Source of the DNA: Bacteroidales bacterium | GTDB taxonomy: Bacteria > Bacteroidota > Bacteroidia > Bacteroidales > VadinHA17 | Assembly: GCA_029210565.1 (NCBI GenBank) | Contig: JARGFQ010000010.1 | Coordinates: 2,252-66,251, forward strand | DNA length: 64,000 bases | Reading direction: 5' to 3' | Shown here: piece after piece, positions 26,044-35,596 of the stretch | How the letters are laid out: every line of letters starts with the position of its first letter | How positions within the stretch are numbered: position 1 is the stretch's first letter | Program-made: the position numbers and the translations under genes | Notes under the pieces: model-generated | What the model saw: the letters and a program-made list of their open reading frames with translations, nothing else | What the model was told of the DNA's origin: nothing | Databases searched by the model: none

Positions 26044-27168
26044 ATGGAATTGATTAACAGATTAAGAAAAAAGCTGTCGGATGAACATTTGATGTTCGCC
26101 TACCGCGGCGAGGTGACGGAGATCAACTCTGCCGGACTGCTAACTATCCTTGAGCGGGAGATGGAGTTCTCTGAGTTCAATCCTCTGGGGCGCAAGAGAC
26201 TCTTCATGTTCGTGCTTGAAAACCTTCAGAATATTACCAGGCACGGCATTTCGAAGAACGATGAGGTAACCTCACTGGTGGTCTACAGCAAGACCGAGGA
26301 CGGTTACACTGTGAGCACTGGCAACGCTCTGAAAAACAGCGATGTGAAAGGTCTGAGAAAGAATCTTGAGAAGATAAACAGTCTCGACCCCGAGAAGGTC
26401 AGGGAGGTATACCGCACAATGCTTCAGGATTCCAGTATAGGGCACAAGGGTGGGGCAGGACTTGGCCTCATGGAGATGGCGCGCAAGACGGGCAACAGGC
26501 TAGACTATGACTTCCTTCCTATTGATGACAAGTATTCATACTTCATACTGAGCAAAACGGTTGACGCAGGAGGCAAAGGAATTGCCGGGCCAGGCGCCGA
26601 AGGCTCTTTTGACTCAGCCATGGTGGCCAATCTTGAGCGCACCATGAAATCCAATGATATCATCTTCATCTGGGCCGGCCCCCTGACACATGCCATCAGC
26701 AAGGAGCTGCTCAGCTTCAGCGAAGCCACCATGCGGGAGACAGACCTTGAGCAGAACCTGCACAAGCGTGTCTTCGCCACCCTGATAGAGCTCTTCCAGA
26801 ATGTCGCACAGCACAGCCCGGGATTTGATGCCGAACAGAAGCACGGCATACCCCTGGCAATGATCAGGAAGAGGCCAACATCATTCATCATCACCTCGGG
26901 CAATCTTATCAGGAAGAGTGACATCGAACACCTTGTGCGCAAGCTGGAGATGGTCAACAGTTACGACGAGGAGGGCCTCAAGAAGCTCCTGAAGGTGGCT
27001 CTGATGGGACAGGATATGACCAAGGTCACCACCGGTTATATGGGACTGCTGGAGATGGCCAGGAGGTCAGGTCACAGGCTTACATACAAGTTCGAGGAGG
27101 TGAACGACGACTACTCCTACTACACCATCACGGTGAGGGTCAGAGCCCGCAGCCAGAAATCGCACTGA
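26044..27168 (+). CDS. hypothetical protein made of two tandem SiaB-like / GHKL-type (anti-sigma-kinase-like) domains
   Basis: Internal duplication. FMFVLENLQNITRHG...GGAGLGLMEMARKTGNRLDYDFLPIDDKYSYFILSKTV matches FATLIELFQNVAQHS...TGYMGLLEMARRSGHRLTYKFEEVNDDYSYYTITVRV. Confidence 0.5.
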   Translation: MELINRLRKKLSDEHLMFAYRGEVTEINSAGLLTILEREMEFSEFNPLGRKRLFMFVLENLQNITRHGISKNDEVTSLVVYSKTEDGYTVSTGNALKNSDVKGLRKNLEKINSLDPEKVREVYRTMLQDSSIGHKGGAGLGLMEMARKTGNRLDYDFLPIDDKYSYFILSKTVDAGGKGIAGPGAEGSFDSAMVANLERTMKSNDIIFIWAGPLTHAISKELLSFSEATMRETDLEQNLHKRVFATLIELFQNVAQHSPGFDAEQKHGIPLAMIRKRPTSFIITSGNLIRKSDIEHLVRKLEMVNSYDEEGLKKLLKVALMGQDMTKVTTGYMGLLEMARRSGHRLTYKFEEVNDDYSYYTITVRVRARSQKSH

Positions 27169-27239
27169 CCGCACCAATTGCCGGTCGGATTAAGAGTATT
27201 AAAGCTGAAGCCGGGCTGAGCGCAACAGTATAATCCGGA

Positions 27240-28004
27240 TCAGGAGCCTGCAGCCTGTAAAGGCTCACTGACCAGGCTAAGGTTCATTCCGTCATACACA
27301 GCATAGCTCTCACGGCAGCTGAACCAGTCGCCCAGAATTATCATCCTCCTGCCCTCCTCATCGAATGTCAGGGGCAGGTGCCTGTGTCCATAGATGTAGT
27401 AGCGTGCCTTGCATCCAGTTGCTGCCAGTGAACGGGTATGGCGGATAAGGTCTTCCTTCTCCTCGCCCATAAAGGGTAACGAGACATGTTTGGCCAGACG
27501 GCTGCTCTGTGACCACCCATGGCCCAGGGCCATGCCGAAACGGGGATGGATGGCAGAGAAGAGAGTGCGAGCAATTCTGTTGCGAAAGAAGGCAAAGAGC
27601 ATCCTGCCACCCATGTTCCTGCTGCCGAGACCCTCACCGTGGGCAAGATAAAAGCTTTCACCGCCGATCTCTGTCAGGAGAGGTTCATGATGCACCGTGA
27701 CTCCGCACTCATCGGCCAGGTAACCCTTCATCCACATATCGTGGTTACCTGCAAACATATGGATATCGATACCTCTGTCAGAGAGAGAGGCCACGGTGCC
27801 GAGGAAACGGACGAATCCTTTCGGGACCACAGTTTTATATTCCCACCAGAAATCAAAGAGATCACCTAAAAGGTATATTGCAGAGGCTTCATCGGCCACC
27901 CTCTCCAGCCAGGTGATTACCCTCTGCTCACGTTCACGGGGATCGGTGCCGGCTGCCAGTCCAAGGTGAAAGTCAGATGCAAAGTATGTGTTCCGGCCTC
28001 CCAA
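27240..28004 (-). CDS. lpxH: UDP-2,3-diacylglucosamine diphosphatase LpxH
   Basis: Calcineurin-like metallophosphoesterase motifs: FASDFHLG, LLGDLFDFWWEYK, GNHD, GHRH. Confidence 0.8.
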   Translation of the reverse strand: MGGRNTYFASDFHLGLAAGTDPREREQRVITWLERVADEASAIYLLGDLFDFWWEYKTVVPKGFVRFLGTVASLSDRGIDIHMFAGNHDMWMKGYLADECGVTVHHEPLLTEIGGESFYLAHGEGLGSRNMGGRMLFAFFRNRIARTLFSAIHPRFGMALGHGWSQSSRLAKHVSLPFMGEEKEDLIRHTRSLAATGCKARYYIYGHRHLPLTFDEEGRRMIILGDWFSCRESYAVYDGMNLSLVSEPLQAAGS

Positions 28005-28009
28005 GATTG

Positions 28010-29167
28010 CTACTGTTTGTTGAATACCTGATCCAGCCTGATCTGCAGGTTACGGCCCGTAAGATTGTTGTTGATGATGTTCCCCTCGGGATCATACAGG
28101 AGGTTTGACGGCACCGACTGCACGTTCATCAGGCGGGCATAGACCGGGTTGAGAGGATCCTCCTCCCTGACACTGATCCACGGGATCTCTTCGAAGCGAA
28201 CCCTGTTTTTCCATATCTCCTCATCCCGGTCAAGGCTGACATGGAAGATCTCCAGTCCCTTTGCGTGATATTCCGTGTAGAGCGACCTCAGCAAGGGCAG
28301 TTCAGCAAGGCATTCCGGGGATGTGGTGAGCCAGAATGAGACAAGCACATATTTACCCCTGAGGGATGCTACACTGACCATATTTCCTTTTGTATCAGGC
28401 AGTGCCGGTGTGGTGTTTGCTTCCGGCAGCTGCGAGGCAAGCGAGGCCATACGGTCGATGTACATGCGGTTCAGCTCTGAGGTGACATTCTCCTTCAGGG
28501 CACGGACATGTCTTGAGACGGGATACTTTACCGAGAGGGAGTCTGAGACGATCTTCAGATACTGCAGGTCACGGGGTTGGTACAGCACATAGGTGTTCTC
28601 GTCAATACGCTGGTATAGCGCTTTTATCGCGGCCATGGAGCTGATGTTCTCGATGACGAATTTTATGTTGAAATTTCGCTGGGCATCAACGATGTCAACA
28701 TATGCCGCTTCCAGCTCAGCACCCCTGGCGGCTATCTCCTCAGCACTCAGGTCTGAATAGATCTTTCTGATGGAATCGAGCTTAGTGTTAGTCTCCAGCA
28801 GCCGGAGATCAAGCATCCTGACCTCTTCCGATCCCGGTGACCCCGAGACGGTATAGTTCATTGCCAGCGGCGACTTGCCGAAGCTGAGGTCTATATCCTC
28901 ACCAGGCATTGCCAGCAGACCTATGAACTCGTCGTTTTCAAAACGTACCTGCAGGAACTCGGGGCCGGTGATCTCAAGCGCAAATTTTAAATGACCGCGC
29001 TTTATCACTGCAGAGTCAATCACGGTACTGTGGTCTACCTCTGACTTTTCCAGGACGGCGAGACCCTCCGTATTGTCACTGAGCGTGCCCCTGATGGTTA
29101 CCTTATTGTCATTGCCGCAACCTGCAACCGTCAGGGCAGCCAGAACTATCAATATCAGCCTCTTCAT
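28010..29167 (-). CDS. TlpA-like thioredoxin-fold lipoprotein with a variant SPEC active-site motif
   Basis: Lipoprotein signal MKRLILIVLAALTVAGC. DUF4369-like N-terminal beta domain. The C-terminal thioredoxin fold carries VLVSFWLTTSPECLAELP where CxxC is expected. Confidence 0.7.
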   Translation of the reverse strand: MKRLILIVLAALTVAGCGNDNKVTIRGTLSDNTEGLAVLEKSEVDHSTVIDSAVIKRGHLKFALEITGPEFLQVRFENDEFIGLLAMPGEDIDLSFGKSPLAMNYTVSGSPGSEEVRMLDLRLLETNTKLDSIRKIYSDLSAEEIAARGAELEAAYVDIVDAQRNFNIKFVIENISSMAAIKALYQRIDENTYVLYQPRDLQYLKIVSDSLSVKYPVSRHVRALKENVTSELNRMYIDRMASLASQLPEANTTPALPDTKGNMVSVASLRGKYVLVSFWLTTSPECLAELPLLRSLYTEYHAKGLEIFHVSLDRDEEIWKNRVRFEEIPWISVREEDPLNPVYARLMNVQSVPSNLLYDPEGNIINNNLTGRNLQIRLDQVFNKQ

Positions 29168-29213
29168 TTTGAACATCAGTTTCCTCTGCAAAGAAAACAA
29201 AAATAGCCATTGG

Positions 29214-30443
29214 CTACTGTCCGCCCAGCAGTTCCTCAAGTTTTTTACGGAGGGCGTCTCCCCTGAGATTTACTGCCACCACTCTTCCCTCGCGGTCAAG
29301 CAGGAAGCTTGACGGTATCTCTGATAGTCCGAAGCTCCTTACCACCTCTGAGTCACGGTATTTCAGGTCGCTGACATGGTGCCACCTCCCCAGCCTGTCT
29401 TTTTTTATTGCCTCTGTCCAGTCTTCCTTCCTGATGTCAAGCGACACCTGGTATATGTCGAACCCGCGGTTGTGGTACAGGTCATACAGGCTTACAAGGT
29501 TAGGGTTCTCCTCGCGGCACGGCGGGCACCAGGCAGCCCAGAAATCGACCAGCACAATGCTGCCCCGGGTTGAAGAGAGTTTTACTGTGTCGCCGCCAGG
29601 GTCGGGAAGTGCGATCTCGGGCAGCAGGCTGCCGACGGCCGGTCGCGGGTCTGTGGTTGCACTCACCGCCAGGGAGTTTCTGAGCCCTGCCACAAACCGG
29701 TGAAGATCGACCACCAGGTCTGCTTCCGGGTACTGATCAAAGAGCAGTGAGTCGACCCTGTAGAACAGTTCCGGCTCCCTGGTTGCCTCAAAGAGCTGTT
29801 TGCCTGGCACCACCTGCTGGTTCAGAAGCCATATCGCCACCATCGAGCCGGTGTTTTCCTCAAGAAGGGCACTGCCTCTCTCACGGATGCCGGAGACCAG
29901 TTCCGCGGCCCTCCTGTCGAGGCTGTCCATCAGCAGCGGCAGCCGGGGGCTCCCGAGGCTGTCGTTGTACACCTCCGTAAGCTGCTGCAACTCCTCTATC
30001 ACCTCCTGGTGATCCCTTCGGAAGGCCAGCATCAGGGAGCTCTCTTCAGAGCCCTGGATCAGCGTCGGTTCTGACAGCGCATTGTGTTTTGCCTCAACGG
30101 TTATCCTGTCACCCGGAGCGGCCAGCAGGGTCAGGAAGTCATCACTGCCCATGCTGAGCATGTAAAACGCCGGCCACGGGGTTGTATGACGGAAGCTGAA
30201 CTTCCCTTCCTGATCCGGTCTCACCGAATCAACCGGTTCGAGATGCCCCGGTCTCACCTGCCTCAGAAGGAGGTACTCACCTTCCAGGGCATCTTCCACG
30301 GTGCCGCTGACGGTGAAATTATCACTGCCGCAGCCGCTCATCGCCGCAAGCAGGGCCACGGCAACCGTCAATATTACGGGCTTCCGGAGGCTAAATATTA
30401 CATAAAACAGTTTTCCCCCTTTTTTGCTGTTGAAATATTTCAT
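29214..30443 (-). CDS. TlpA-family thiol:disulfide oxidoreductase lipoprotein
   Basis: Signal/lipobox ..LLAAMSGC. Thioredoxin fold with VLVDFWAAWCPPCREENP. Confidence 0.8.
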   Translation of the reverse strand: MKYFNSKKGGKLFYVIFSLRKPVILTVAVALLAAMSGCGSDNFTVSGTVEDALEGEYLLLRQVRPGHLEPVDSVRPDQEGKFSFRHTTPWPAFYMLSMGSDDFLTLLAAPGDRITVEAKHNALSEPTLIQGSEESSLMLAFRRDHQEVIEELQQLTEVYNDSLGSPRLPLLMDSLDRRAAELVSGIRERGSALLEENTGSMVAIWLLNQQVVPGKQLFEATREPELFYRVDSLLFDQYPEADLVVDLHRFVAGLRNSLAVSATTDPRPAVGSLLPEIALPDPGGDTVKLSSTRGSIVLVDFWAAWCPPCREENPNLVSLYDLYHNRGFDIYQVSLDIRKEDWTEAIKKDRLGRWHHVSDLKYRDSEVVRSFGLSEIPSSFLLDREGRVVAVNLRGDALRKKLEELLGGQ

Positions 30444-30487
30444 CTTGATCGAACTATTTAGACGCGCATTGGTTCAGTAATCAGACT

Positions 30488-30495
30488 ACAAAGAT
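30488..30495 (-). promoter_or_regulatory. -7 promoter box TATCTTTG for the TlpA-like gene pair
   Basis: The reverse complement of CAAAGATA lies about 45 nt upstream of the ATG at 30443. Confidence 0.45.
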
Positions 30496-30650
30496 ATCTT
30501 TTTTTGAGAGCCTTCAGGGGTGACGGCATGTTCTGCTGCCGCTTAATAAATCTGTTTTTTTTGCTTTTCTTTGCACTTGATTTTTATTAGTGTTATATTA
30601 ATAGAGTTATTTTTTCACTATTTCTGGACTTAAACGGAACTCCTTGAACT

Positions 30651-32600
30651 ATGGGATACATTAAATTTGACAAGGCTCATGTAGTTAATCTTGAGTATTC
30701 CCTGAGCCGCGAGATATTGCGAACCAACAGGGCCGGCAGCTATTCCTCAACCACCATTGTAGGCTGCAACACACGAAAATACCATGGTCTCCTTGTCTGT
30801 CCCGTTGATGCTCTCGGTGGCGAGAGGCATGTACTTCTGTCGGGACTCGACTCCACTGTTGTCAGCAACGGCCAGAGCTTCAATACGGGCATCCGCAAGT
30901 ATCAGGGCGATTATTACAGTCCTAAAGGCCACAAGTATATTGAAGACTTTGACATACAGGATATCCCCGGCATGACCTACAGGGTAGGCAATGTCTTTAT
31001 GAAGCAGGAGCGTCTGCTGGTTCACTATGAAGAGCAGTTTTTGCTCAGGCTCACCATCATTGACACTGACGAGCCTGTGAAGATACAGCTGAGGCCGTTT
31101 CTTGCTTTCAGGAATGTACATCAGCTTACTCATGCCAACATGTGGGCAAACACCCGTGTAGAGGAGATTCCCGGTGGCATCAGGTCGCGCATGTATGACG
31201 GGTTTCCCTGGCTTAACATGCAGCTCTCCTGCAAGTCGGAGTTCGTTCCCGTGCCTGACTGGCACCTGGGGGTGGAGTATATGGAGGAGCAGAAGCGGGG
31301 GTATGATTTCTCGGAGGATCTCTTTGTTCCGGGGTTCTTTGAATTTACCGCCGGCAAAGATGATGTAATCGTCTTTTCAGCCTCGACGAGGGAGGAGAAA
31401 CCCTCAGGATTCAAGACCAAATTTACCAGGACAGTATCATCAAAGATACCGCGCAGCGACTTCTGCAACTCTCTCCGCAATGCTGCGCAGCAGTTTATAG
31501 AGAAGAGGGGTGAAGACACGACAATTGTGGCAGGGTACCACTGGTTTGGGTCATGGGGGCGTGACACCTTCATCTCGTTACCCGGCATCGCCCTGGCGCG
31601 AAAGCAGGAAGATCTGTACGCTGCCGTGCTTGACACCCAGGTGCGGCGCATGAAGGGCGGGCTCTTCCCCAATATGGGCGAGGCAGACAATCCTGTCTTC
31701 AACAGTGTTGACGCTCCTCTGTGGTTCTTCCAGGCGATCTACAGCTACGGGCTGGAGGCCAGGGAGGCGTGGAGGAGGTATGGGGCGCCCATGAAGGCAG
31801 TGCTTGCTGCATACCGTGACGGCACCTCATTCGGTATACATATGAGGGATAAAGGGCTCATCTATGCTGATGCACCCGGTAAGGCGCTCACATGGATGGA
31901 TGCAATAGTCGACGGAGTGCCGGTGACACCGCGCAGCGGCTATGCCGTGGAGATCAATGCCCTCTGGTACAATGCAGTATCTTTTGCTCTCGACTGTGCA
32001 CGCAGTGCCAGGGACAGGATATTCGTCAAGGAGTGGGAGATGATGCCTGAGCTGATAACAAGGTCGTTCACCGAGCTCTTCTGGGATGAGGAACTGGGTT
32101 ACCTGGCTGACTATGTCAGTGACCCGGAAAAACGAAATATGCAGGTGAGGCCCAACATGGTGCTCGCCACTTCACTGCCCTATACCATGCTGACAAAAGA
32201 GCAGATGAAGAGCATACTGGATACTGCAAACAGGATGCTTGTCACTCCCCGCGGACTACGAACACTATCTCCTTCGGAGGAGGGATACCAGGGTATCTAC
32301 TGCGGAACGCAGGAGAAGAGGGACAGCGCCTATCACCAGGGCACAGTATGGCCATGGCTGCTGGGCCCGTTCTGCGAGGGATGGCTGAGGGTCTATGGCG
32401 AGGGAGGCGTCTCGCGCGTGAGAAAACTGATAATGGGGTTTGAGGAGACACTGACCGAGGCGGGGATCTCCACCATATCGGAAATTTATGACGGTGACCC
32501 GCCCCACGAATCGAGGGGGGCGATATCACAGGCCTGGAGTGTGGCTGAAGTGCTGCGCATATACTCTCTTCTGGAGACGAAATACAAAGAAAAACTATAA
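30651..32600 (+). CDS. glycogen debranching enzyme (archaeal-type GDE_N plus amylo-alpha-1,6-glucosidase domains)
   Basis: N-terminus LSREILRTNRAGSYSSTTIVGCNTRKYHGLL. C-terminal (alpha/alpha)6 region GYHWFGSWGRDTFISLPG ... YHQGTVWPWL. Confidence 0.8.
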   Translation: MGYIKFDKAHVVNLEYSLSREILRTNRAGSYSSTTIVGCNTRKYHGLLVCPVDALGGERHVLLSGLDSTVVSNGQSFNTGIRKYQGDYYSPKGHKYIEDFDIQDIPGMTYRVGNVFMKQERLLVHYEEQFLLRLTIIDTDEPVKIQLRPFLAFRNVHQLTHANMWANTRVEEIPGGIRSRMYDGFPWLNMQLSCKSEFVPVPDWHLGVEYMEEQKRGYDFSEDLFVPGFFEFTAGKDDVIVFSASTREEKPSGFKTKFTRTVSSKIPRSDFCNSLRNAAQQFIEKRGEDTTIVAGYHWFGSWGRDTFISLPGIALARKQEDLYAAVLDTQVRRMKGGLFPNMGEADNPVFNSVDAPLWFFQAIYSYGLEAREAWRRYGAPMKAVLAAYRDGTSFGIHMRDKGLIYADAPGKALTWMDAIVDGVPVTPRSGYAVEINALWYNAVSFALDCARSARDRIFVKEWEMMPELITRSFTELFWDEELGYLADYVSDPEKRNMQVRPNMVLATSLPYTMLTKEQMKSILDTANRMLVTPRGLRTLSPSEEGYQGIYCGTQEKRDSAYHQGTVWPWLLGPFCEGWLRVYGEGGVSRVRKLIMGFEETLTEAGISTISEIYDGDPPHESRGAISQAWSVAEVLRIYSLLETKYKEKL

Positions 32601-32604
32601 TGAT

Positions 32605-33909
32605 ATGCGTGTCCTGATGTTTGGTTGGGAGTTCCCCCCTCATATTGCAGGTGGATTGGGGACTGCCAGCTACGGTCTCACCCGCGGTCTTGCATCACAG
32701 AAGGATGTGGATGTTATCTTCGTGGTCCCCAAAGCCTACGGCGATGAAGATCAGAGCATAGTGAGCCTTATTGGTGCCAACACCGTGTCCGTGGCCTTCA
32801 AGAAGGTGAAGTACCGTTATTTTATGAAGCCGGTGGAAAAGATCGAGGTCTTCTCCCGGCTGGTACCTTATACTGATCCTGAAGATTTCTGGAAGATGAC
32901 CCGGGGAGAGGTAGCCGATACAGATCTCCTTGTGAGTACCAACAAGCAGGGTAAGGTGGACTTTTCAGGCACTTACGGAGCCAACCTGATGGATGAGATT
33001 TACAAGTACTCGGTAGTTGCCCAGGTAATAGCCTCGGAACAGGAGTTTGATATCATCCATGCGCACGACTGGCTTGCGTACCCCGCTGGTATAGCTGCAA
33101 AGGCCGTTTCAGGCAAGCCCCTGGTGATACACGTCCATGCCACTGACTTCGACCGCAGCGGAGGTAATGTCAACCCGGTGGTCTTCAAGATGGAGAAGGA
33201 GGGGATGGATGCTGCCGACAAGATCATCACGGTAAGCAATCTCACCCGTGAGATAGTGATAAACAACTATGACATTGACCCGGAAAAGGTGGAGACGGTA
33301 TATAACGCCGTTGAGCCCTTGCACCATTCCGAGCTGGACGTCCCCGCGAGGGCTTATGATGACAAGATCGTTACCTTCCTGGGCCGTATAACCCTCCAGA
33401 AGGGACCCGAGTATTTCATAGAGGCAGCGAGGATGGTTCTGTCTCGCATGCCCAAGGTTAGATTCGTGATGGCAGGATCCGGTGACATGATGGAGCGTAT
33501 GATGCGCCACGCCGCCAGCCTCCGTATCACTGACAGGTTTTACTTCACAGGCTTCCTCCGTGGCAATGATGTGTTCACGATGCTCAGGATGAGTGATGTA
33601 TATGTCATGCCCTCAGTATCGGAACCCTTCGGTATCTCACCACTGGAGGCCATGCAGTCGAATGTCCCCGTCATTATAAGCAAGCAGAGCGGCGTGGCCG
33701 AGCTGCTCACCCATGCCGTCAAAGTCGATTTCTGGGATATTGAGGCCATGGCTGATGCCATTTACGGGATACTGACTTACCCTGCCCTCTCAAGGATGTT
33801 TATCATGAACGGCAAGGAGGAGGTTGACAAACTGAAGTGGGAGAAGGCCGCCACACATGTGAAAGATATTTACACCCGCGTTTTGAAACAGACAAGCCAA
33901 CAGATATGA
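32605..33909 (+). CDS. GT4 (group 1) glycosyltransferase of the GDE/GT4/GH57 glycogen trio
   Basis: MRVLMFGWEFPPHIAGGLGTA. Also HAHDWL and the C-terminal E..G..PLEAM motif (SEPFGISPLEAM). Confidence 0.8.
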   Translation: MRVLMFGWEFPPHIAGGLGTASYGLTRGLASQKDVDVIFVVPKAYGDEDQSIVSLIGANTVSVAFKKVKYRYFMKPVEKIEVFSRLVPYTDPEDFWKMTRGEVADTDLLVSTNKQGKVDFSGTYGANLMDEIYKYSVVAQVIASEQEFDIIHAHDWLAYPAGIAAKAVSGKPLVIHVHATDFDRSGGNVNPVVFKMEKEGMDAADKIITVSNLTREIVINNYDIDPEKVETVYNAVEPLHHSELDVPARAYDDKIVTFLGRITLQKGPEYFIEAARMVLSRMPKVRFVMAGSGDMMERMMRHAASLRITDRFYFTGFLRGNDVFTMLRMSDVYVMPSVSEPFGISPLEAMQSNVPVIISKQSGVAELLTHAVKVDFWDIEAMADAIYGILTYPALSRMFIMNGKEEVDKLKWEKAATHVKDIYTRVLKQTSQQI

Positions 33910-35531
33910 GCACACCACAGAAAAAGGCAATCTGCCTCTATTTTCAGGTTCATCAGCCCTTCAGGCTCAGGCGCTACCGCTTCTTTGAGATGGGTCATGA
34001 ACACTATTACTATGACGATTTCATGAATGAATCGATCCTTCGTAGGATCGCCTCCAACTGTTACCTGCCAACCAACAATCTGCTCCTGGACCTTATCAGG
34101 AAGCACAAGGGCAAGTTCAAGGTGACCTTTTCGCTTACGGGAATCGTTATAGACCAGCTCAGGCTATATGCACCGGAGGTGCTTGCCTCTTTCAGGGAGC
34201 TTGCAGAGACAGGATGCGTTGAGTTTCTTGCCGAGACCAACTCACACTCGCTGGCCTCCCTGATGAACAGGGAGAGGTTCGAACTGCAGGTCAGGGTACA
34301 CGGTGAGAAGATGGCAGAGCACATTGGCTACCAGCCAACCTCAATCAGAAACACCGAGTTGATCTACTCCGATGAGATCGGTAACTGGATGGCCGATATG
34401 GGATACAAGGCTGTCGTCACAGAAGGGGCAAAACACATCCTTGGCTGGAAGTCACCCAACTTTGTCTACTGCAACGCCATCAACCCGAGACTGAAGGTAT
34501 TGCTCCGCAACTACACCCTCAGTGATGACATTGCGTTCCGCTTTTCCGATACATCATGGTCAAGTTACCCGCTCGCCGCAGATAAGTACGCCTCATGGAT
34601 CAAGGGTCTGGCTCCGTCATCTGAGGTCGTGAATATCTTCATGGACTATGAGACCTTCGGAGAGCACCAGAAAAAGGAGACAGGAATCTTTGACTTCCTG
34701 AAACATATGCCGGATGCCATCATCAAAAAGACACCGTTCAAATTCATGACTGTTTCCGAAGTGGCCGACAATTATCAGCCGGTCTCGCTGCTGCATGTCC
34801 CGTCGCCCATATCCTGGGCCGATGAGGAGCGTGACCTGACGGCATGGATGGGTAATGAGCTACAGACAGCGGCGGTGACAAAGCTATACAGCATGGCAGA
34901 GAAGATGGCTGGATGCAGCTCTGAGCAACTGCAGCGCGACTGGGTCTATCTGCAGTCGAGCGACCACTTCTACTACATGTCAACGAAATTCTTCTCCGAC
35001 GGAGCGGTACACGCCTATTTCAATCCCTATGAAAACCCGTACCAGGCATTCATGAATTACATGAATATCCTGAGCGATTTTGAGATCAGGCTCAAGACCC
35101 TCTGTCCCGTTGATTACCATGATGAAGAGGTGAACCGCCTCTCAGAAACTATTCAATCGAAGGATCATGTCATCATTGAGCTGCAGGAGAAACTGACAAA
35201 GCTTGAGAAAAAGGCAGGCACTGCCAATAAGAGAGCTGCCGCCAAAACAAAGGGTAAAGCTGCCGCGGCGCCGGCAGGGAAGAAAGTTGCAACAACAAGG
35301 GTTGCCGCGGCGCCGGCAGGGAAAAAGACAGTTGCGGCTCCCTCGGGCAGGAAAGCTGTAACTGCAAAAGCTGTCACCACACCGGCAGGGAAGAAAGCCG
35401 TAACGGCCAAAACCGTTGCTGCACATGAAGTTAAGAAGAGTGCAGCTGCGAAGACAGATGCCAGGAAAGCGTCGGTAAAAAAGAGTGCTGCAAGGAAGAG
35501 TGTGGCGAAGAAAGGAGCGGGCAGCAAATAA
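33906..35531 (+). CDS. GH57 family glycoside hydrolase with a C-terminal Lys/Ala/Pro-rich histone-H1-like tail
   Basis: ATGA overlap with the GT4 gene. N-terminus ICLYFQVHQPFRLRRY and the ETFGEH region are typical of GH57. The last ~105 aa are KRAAAKTKGKAAAAPAGKKVATTRVAAAPAGKK...KKSAARKSVAKKGAGSK. Confidence 0.8.
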   Translation: MSTPQKKAICLYFQVHQPFRLRRYRFFEMGHEHYYYDDFMNESILRRIASNCYLPTNNLLLDLIRKHKGKFKVTFSLTGIVIDQLRLYAPEVLASFRELAETGCVEFLAETNSHSLASLMNRERFELQVRVHGEKMAEHIGYQPTSIRNTELIYSDEIGNWMADMGYKAVVTEGAKHILGWKSPNFVYCNAINPRLKVLLRNYTLSDDIAFRFSDTSWSSYPLAADKYASWIKGLAPSSEVVNIFMDYETFGEHQKKETGIFDFLKHMPDAIIKKTPFKFMTVSEVADNYQPVSLLHVPSPISWADEERDLTAWMGNELQTAAVTKLYSMAEKMAGCSSEQLQRDWVYLQSSDHFYYMSTKFFSDGAVHAYFNPYENPYQAFMNYMNILSDFEIRLKTLCPVDYHDEEVNRLSETIQSKDHVIIELQEKLTKLEKKAGTANKRAAAKTKGKAAAAPAGKKVATTRVAAAPAGKKTVAAPSGRKAVTAKAVTTPAGKKAVTAKTVAAHEVKKSAAAKTDARKASVKKSAARKSVAKKGAGSK

Positions 35532-35596
35532 TCGTTGCATCTTATGGCAATGAGTAACTGTCATACGCTTTTGCGTATTAACTGTATTGTAACTAT

